From assembly GCA_000934665.2 (NCBI GenBank), contig KZ538006.1, positions 372,001 through 423,453 of the forward strand: a DNA stretch of 51,453 nt. The letters are read 5' to 3'. Source of the DNA: Catajapyx aquilonaris. Its lineage: Eukaryota. The notes under the pieces are model-generated. The model had not been told where the DNA came from and did not search any database. It was given only the letters and a program-made list of their open reading frames with translations. Below, one piece after another: positions 44,932-51,453 of the stretch; the first letter of the stretch is position 1, and each line of letters begins with the position of its first letter. The translations under genes were made by a program, and so were the position numbers.

Positions 44932-47480
44932 CCGGGAATTCGCTCGGATTCCAGTTTTCCCAAAAGGAAAGTGGCCATTGGACTTCCACACACTCTAGCT
45001 CACCCCCCCCCCCTTCCCCCTACAACCCCCAACTTCCTCCCACACCTCCTGGAGATTCCATCGGACTCTTATTCTGCCCCGTAACTCTCAGTGTGGAAAT
45101 CCACCTGTTTTCACTATCTGCATTGCCTGATGCTCTGTTTTTATTATTTTCTTTCCGTCGCAAGAGGCTAAATGGGAGGTAACGCAACCGAGACTTTGGA
45201 CATGCAGAGGCCGCGGGAACTGAAAACGAGGAACTGCTCGCCATTTTATGATTCTTTGCTGCTGCATACTATAATGACTGATCCTGAAAGGGAAACTCTT
45301 TCATTATACACTGGAGCTTGGACTGTTTAGGTTAGACACACTATTAGTTACATTCAGTTCCGATGGGAAGAAGCTTAAGGCCGACGATCTTCAAGAAAAC
45401 CGGATTTTTACTTTTTCTGAAGGTAAAGTAGCCTGTGTCATTATAGGCTTTCTTATCCTGGCATTGTGCCTTTGATTCTTCAGTGGTGAGGATATGGAGT
45501 TTTGTCTGATTGGTGTAAATTACAATATAAGTACAATACTACATCAGTTGTTATTAAAACATATTATACGATCATATATTTTGAAATAGGCTATAGGGCT
45601 CATATTTGTCCGAATAACTAATATAATCAGCTAATTTGATTATTAATGTGAATTCGTTTCATAATTTATTCCAGGGTTTGCATGGAGCACTTTAAATAAA
45701 GAAATAAATATTCATTGCAGTTGGCAATATTAATAATGAGAGTGAAATGAAGATATGCGAATCATTTCTCTAATGTGACTACCGGCAAGGTTGTAAGTAG
45801 GGCAGCCAGGTGTTAATTGCTCCCCCTCTAAAACATTACGATTATTAAGTAATGGGGAAACTCAATGACACGACAATCATTTTTCGAAAGGGGTCATAGG
45901 TTAATCAGCAGAAGAGACATAAAGTAATACCTGATGCAAACAATGTGCATAGTAGAAAGCATGAGATTTCGCTTCTTAATTGTTGGGTAAGAGGAAGTGT
46001 GTGTTTGGTACTCACAAACTGTAGGTGCGAAAAGCGGAATAATAATTTCGTGTGTACAAATACAGTTGGCGATGAAGAATTTTTAGAACCAGTTCACGAC
46101 TATACAAAAAAATATTATATATAAAACGAGAGAAGGTTTTTCTTGTTGTTTCTTCAGCTTGCTGTTGTCCGAGTGATGGACAAGTTGGGTCAACCCCTCT
46201 TTTGGCTTGGTTTACAACTGAATGGGAGTACCCCTTATTCACCCAGCACCACGGGAGGGTGACTTTGGGTTATCTCGCCATCACCAGTCACACCTCGAAA
46301 GTCTTCCCATCAATTTTGGTGCCATTGGTGACACCAGTGACCAATCATTGTATTTTTGGGTGGAATTTTTCTTAACTACTTGAAGGCAAATAGAGAGAAA
46401 AACCAGTTTTTTTTATTACAATCATTAAAATAAGTCGAGTGTTACCTATCAGTAGCTTTAGAATGAAAGTTATGGCGGAGCAGTAGTTGAACTCGACCTT
46501 AATAAATTTTCATTCGGTTTTTATTGCATTAAATCGCTTCCGTAACTGGCTAACGAGGGAAAGCGGACTTTGCAATTAGCGCGTATTACTCTTCTTGAGA
46601 AGGAATTTGGTACTGGCGGAAAATTATAGTTGCCAGCCTAGCAATGATGTAAAACAATTGGGTTCAACTATAGTTTTTATATAGGCTTGTACCCCCGATA
46701 AACTCGGGAAAATTCCGGCTAGAACTAGTCGATAAAAAATTACAAAAAAAAGTGTAACCTGCTACAAATTTCACTAACTGACGAACCTGAACGCGAATAA
46801 TAATAATAATGATAAATCTATGTCCAGTTTGTAATTTGAAGTCAATTGCGAAGATAATTTACGAGCTGTTTACCTTTCGACAAACCAGTAACTGGCTGAG
46901 TATAACTGAAGGTAAATTTACTGTTGGAAGGTTGACTCTGGAGAGACTCCGGGACAAATGAGCCAGCAAACGGATCTGTCGTTCAACCCCTTAGAAGCAC
47001 TTGAACTTTGTCCAGAAGATCTAAAAAAAAGCACTCTTGGTAGGGGTTATTCGGGCTTTCCTTTTGTGCCTTTAATCCAAGCTTGTCAAGTGAGAAGAAC
47101 TGACTCTGTTTCAAAGACAGATTGCTCCAATCCATCCAGCATGATTTATGAGCAGTATACCTGTAGAGGTCCCACCAAACTATACTGGGCAGGAGGGACA
47201 ATGATGACGATGATGACGATGGACACGCGAGTTTTTGGTGGGGACAAGAAACACCTTTTGTAAGTGACACCCTGGGGTATGGTCCAAGGTCTTGCACCTG
47301 GGGATGGCTTTTTCCTCAGCTGGAAGCCAAAGCTGGGCTTTTGGCAGATTTAGGATGGGTGGAGGAAGCAGAAGAAGAAGGACTGGTGTTGGGGAGGGGT
47401 TGAGGAGGGGGGGGGGGCGAGGTCATATTACTAGGGAGTTGTCCGAGCAAGGTCAGTTCGAATCTGCCTGCGACCAGAAG

Positions 47481-49287
47481 ATGTTCCTTCGGTGGTGTGT
47501 CCTCTTCCTGATGTGTCCTCTGGTCAGGGCTGGGTACCTTTGGGGATGGTTGCTGCCTCCTCCGGGTGTGGCTGAGGAGAACCAGGTCATGCTTCCCAAG
47601 CACCTGACCTTTCAAGAGGTGGAGAGGTTGAGGAGGCTGCAGATTGATCAGAAGGTAAGAAGAAAAAAAAATGTTAGCCGGAGCGTGAAATTCGGTTGGA
47701 AGCATTGAACCTATCGGTACTTGCTTTCACTAAGTTCCGTTCACGTGCTCACAAACCATCCAGAGTTATTAAATGGCAGAGGATATGCGTAGTTTCTCAA
47801 ATATTGTGACGTCACTGGAAAAATACATTGTAATCTGGGAACAAGTTTGGAGGGTTCAACGAGTTTGTTTGGGAAAGTGAAGCACATAAGAGGCTGAACC
47901 GATCATTATCATTTGTTTGGGCTTTTGTAACGTGTGTGACAACAACTGCGTGTGCTGTCAGTGTGTTGCACAGAGACAATAAGATGAGGATTAGAGATTT
48001 TGCATCCGTCATTAATTTGTAATATTGCGTTAGAAGTAGACGTTAATTGTAATATAGGAATAACCAACACCAACTGAGTCACATTTTGTTATAAATTAAG
48101 TTAGGCAATGTGCACATACTTTCTGATTGTGAAAACACCCCTTAATATTTGAGAAAAAAAAAGTTGATAATAATAGAAGTAATAAGAGCATCAGCAAAGT
48201 GACCACGGTTCGTGAGTTACACGTTTGCATGAGCACGAAAACCAGAGGTGAAATCAGAGCGCTGAGGCAACACCTTTGAAGTGAGGAACATGAGATAATA
48301 CATCTTCAGGCGAAACCTAAGTAGGTGTTAGGCGGAAGTTCACACCTTGTTTGCTCTTTTCCTGGGTCCACAATGAATCATGCTCCCAGCAAATATTGCA
48401 CATCGATTTGGAACAGATTCTGACCGATTTTACTTTTCAGAGTGGACCTTGCAAGAACCCGAGGGACTGTCCGAGAGGCCAGTTTTGTGATCACCATTAT
48501 GGGGTGTGCCAAGAGTTGCTGAGACAAGACCAGTTCTGCAGGGAAGACTACATGTGCCAGAAGGGGATGTGGTGTCTTTTTGGTCGATGCCAGCCTCGAG
48601 TACGCCATGGATCAGAAGGTACAATACATTACAACCAAAACTATGAACCCACTATCCGGAAAAATACGAAGCAATAAATAACCAGCCAGTAAACTATTGT
48701 ATAATCTCCGAGGCACGAGTACAGTAAATCATTGACAGCAATCCACTGCCTGGAGGCAAAGTATTGCGTGCAGGCTGATAAAACTTCCTGTTTTTCCAAC
48801 AGCTTCATTTTTCACGGAATATCCCTCCGGCCGTTAACGTCTTCATTAACCTACTGATGATGCGACGACCGCAAGACACGGATTAACACTCACTTTTTTA
48901 TATATATTTACGACAGGTTCTAGATGCCAGAAAGGCTCAGATTGCGACCGAGGAATGTGCTGCGCTCGACTACATGGAGAGAAACTGTGCCAGAGGCTTC
49001 TGACCAAGGGCCAACGATGTCATGTGTCTCCTGGGGGTCTGCACTACAGCCTCAATGAACTATGCCCTTGCGACAGAGGACTAACCTGCACTGCACTTCC
49101 TAGGTACAAACATGTCGTCGTTAATTAAGTTTTTGAATATCTACTGACTTGTGAGTGGTGCATTGACAATCACTTTGAGATTACTCGTGTTGTATTTTAA
49201 CTCATTTTTCTCGTATATTGTAGGCTGAACAGGACCCACGAACAGCAGCTGTCTCCAATAGACTACCTCCGATGCTCTCCGGTGTGA
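47481..49287 (+). CDS. dkk3: Dickkopf-family (Dkk3-like) secreted cysteine-rich protein, ~200 aa, 4 exons
   Basis: Exons 47481-47654, 48441-48618, 48917-49103, 49224-49287; phases 0, 1, 2 consistent. Signal peptide MFLRWCVLFLMCPLVRA. CRD1 CKNPRDCPRGQFCDHHYGVC..FCREDYMCQKGMWCLFGRC. Colipase-fold CRD2 CQKGSDCDRGMCCARLHGEKLC..GQRC..LCPCDRGLTC..YLRC with all 10 Cys. Inr TCAGTT at ~47454. Subfamily label is tentative. Confidence 0.85.
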
Positions 49288-50365
49288 CCAGTTGATTCGA
49301 CGAAAAATTATGTCCCATTGACTCTCTTTGTTCATTACATGTACATATTGTGTTAATACATTGCAGCTGTAAATGGAAAAATAGCTTTATTTGACTGATT
49401 TTTGCTCATTTTGGAAATAATTTTTTTTGTCATGTTGAGATAAAGAGCAAAAAGAAAGTAATGGTTTAATTTATTACTTCCTTACATTTTTCAGGACATT
49501 TCAGTAGGTTAGGAAAATACTTGTTCACATGTTCAGCTGCTTATAAAAAGCCCAGGTTTATTGTTACATATTGCTTCTTATTATAAGCGTATTAGTGTGT
49601 TATTCTGTTCTATTATTTCAGTCAGTTATAACAATTATTTATAATGTGAAAAACCCTTATGAAATTAACCCTCGTGCATATTACTGTACAGTACTGATCA
49701 CTTCCTGTAAAATGTATAACAGGCTCCCAGAGTAAGAGGGCTATCTATATTCACAAATATGCACAAAACATATGCCAAGATAAAGCTGCAGGTGCAAAAA
49801 CCACAGACTTCATTATTTTATAAACATAGAAATTAGAGGACAAAATACGTTGCATTAGAATAATGTATCCAGGTGAAGGCTTGAGGGACTGGCTTTGTAA
49901 CAAAAAGATACTCTAAAGTCAAGATTTCATCTCAATTCTTAATTCTGCCAAAAGGAAGAGTCAGTGCTGGTGCATCACTGCGGCGGTCCTCCAATGTCCA
50001 CCAAAAGGAAACATTGTAAACATTATTTTGCTTTTATTTCAGAGATTAATGATTGGCTTTGTAAATATTGTCATCATTGACAACATTTTGATTGCATTCT
50101 AATAATGATTTTCAAACAACCCAGTTCACAACTGCATCAGCTACTATCAATCTCGTTGAACCATTCGCAATGCTTAATTGTAACCAGGAACCTCCCATTA
50201 AATGTGCATAATAAATGTTTCAAACAGTCAGCATTATTATGTTTTAACTGATCCACGTTCATATTTTTAGATATATATATTTTTTTTTACAATTTTGTAC
50301 TCGTCAACACTACAGGCGCCCTTCCTTTACGATAAGTACATGCTGGAGAGAGTGTCAGTATCGAG

Positions 50366-50440
50366 GTAGCGCAGTGGTCCAGTGGCTAAGGCGCTCTCTT
50401 CGCAACCCGAAGGATGAAGGATCGAATCCTGAAAGAAAGA
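50366..50440 (+). mobile_element. tRNA-derived SINE-like head / tRNA pseudogene
   Basis: A-box TGGTCCAGTGG (50375-50385), B-box GGATCGAATCC (50419-50429), tRNA-like spacing; no acceptor stem. Confidence 0.6.
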
Positions 50441-50567
50441 CGTCGCGTCGTTTCTTTTTATCGCTATGGACTCTGCCGGACTTCATCTCGCATCTTACAT
50501 TTATTTCTCTTTGAAGTGCATCTGGTAAATAGGCTAGAGCCTTCCAACAATCACAAATTCGTTGAAG

Positions 50568-50640
50568 CAGAGCGTGGTTCTGTGGAAACGCGTCGGACTC
50601 TCGATCGAAGGGTCCTGGGATCTAATCCCGGGGCTTCTTC
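50568..50640 (+). mobile_element. Second tRNA-derived SINE-like head
   Basis: A-box-like TGGTTCTGTGG (50575-50585), B-box-like GGATCTAATCC (50618-50628) inside a CTGGG..CCCGG T-arm-like stem. Confidence 0.5.
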
Positions 50641-50766
50641 GGTTGTGGTCAGGCAAAGAAAAAAAAATTTGCAGCCGACATCTCTGGCCAAGATGGCGAC
50701 TGTTCCCTCGCAGTTTCCCCAACACTTCTTCAGAGGTGTCAGAGGAGCAGCGAAGAGGGGGGGGGG

Positions 50767-50780
50767 NNNNNNNNNNNNNN
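50767..50780. other. Assembly gap (14 N) inside a G-run
   Basis: Ns in the sequence. Confidence 0.99.
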
Positions 50781-51089
50781 GGAGAGGGGGAGGATAGGGT
50801 GGGAGGGGAGAAATTTTTTTTGGATATTTTTAAAACACCTGCTTAATGGGAGGGGGCGGTCACTTTTTTCGAAGAAAAAAGTCTTAAATTTAATCATTCA
50901 AAAATTGAAGAATTCCGGTTTGTGTGGGCCATCCCCAGCCCCCACCCTACCGCTGCCCAAGTGGGTGCATTTACCTTATACCTGGGAGTTCCATTCTCAA
51001 ACCTATAACCCCTCCAAATATTTAACCCTACAATTTAAACGATAGGTCCAATAAAATCACCAGCACATGCAAATTAATCAGCACACTTT

Positions 51090-51388
51090 TTAGGGCATTT
51101 CCAATGGTTTGTTGCAGCCTGACCTTTGACCTGAAAGGCCCTAATATTAGGTTTTTGGTCTGCGGCCAGGCCCTACCTCGGTCTCCATCTGTCGGATCTC
51201 TCGTAATGAGACTGTACAGAGCACAGTACATAGATATACAGTATATCCATGTGACCAAGGATGCTGATCCTAGCCAAATGTATAGCAGTCCCAGTTGGCT
51301 GGTATCAGTATGAATGTGACGTAGGCGAGTGGTCACCTCTTGGGGTCATCAGGACGGACATTCGGCATCGCTGTTTCGTGGCATTGCT
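51090..51388 (-). CDS. Possible 3' end of a membrane-protein gene entering from the right edge
   Basis: Putative exons 51388-51337, 51298-51177, 51130-51090 join in frame: QCHETAMPNVRPDDPKSQLGLLYIWLGSASLVTWIYCISMYCALYSLITRDPTDGDRGQRSGCNKPLEMP*. One hydrophobic TM-like segment, but the model needs 38- and 46-nt introns. Confidence 0.3.
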
Positions 51389-51453
51389 CTATGGATTAAT
51401 AAAATAATAAATCCCCATCCGCTTCCGCTGTGGGTGGAGATGCGCACCGCAGA

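Noticed and set aside
49495..49586. Alternative last exon for the Dkk-like gene
   Set aside because: The acceptor at 49494 gives a stop after 3 codons with no tenth Cys. The nearer exon 49224-49287 supplies it with a good acceptor.

Overview
Eukaryotic genomic DNA, very probably from an arthropod. A non-insect lineage such as a myriapod, chelicerate or crustacean is my inference from the TCAGT initiator, the cuticle-type protein, the Dickkopf-family gene and CpG-poor gene bodies. Introns are compact (many 58-75 nt). I spliced five genes by hand with consistent intron phases: (1) a P5B-type ATPase (ATP13A3-like, ~10.6-20.2 kb, +) with two candidate alternative first exons and a GC-AG intron; (2) an Ack/TNK2 tyrosine kinase (24.3-33.0 kb, +; SAM-kinase-SH3-CRIB-UBA); (3) an uncharacterised 3-exon gene (35.9-40.2 kb, +); (4) a secreted His-rich, Val-Pro-repeat cuticle-type protein (44.1-44.9 kb, -); (5) a complete 4-exon Dickkopf-like gene (47.5-49.3 kb, +). 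The 3' end of a possible sixth gene lies at the right edge. Mobile DNA includes an internally deleted mariner, several MITEs (one nested in another with a 7-bp TSD, between the ATPase polyA signal and the Ack promoter) and two tRNA-like Pol III heads. The first 10 kb has no recognisable gene but is strongly enriched for TAGGCTA/TAGGCCTA. I found no CRISPR, rRNA or intact tRNA. All gene models are manual and lack transcript or database support.
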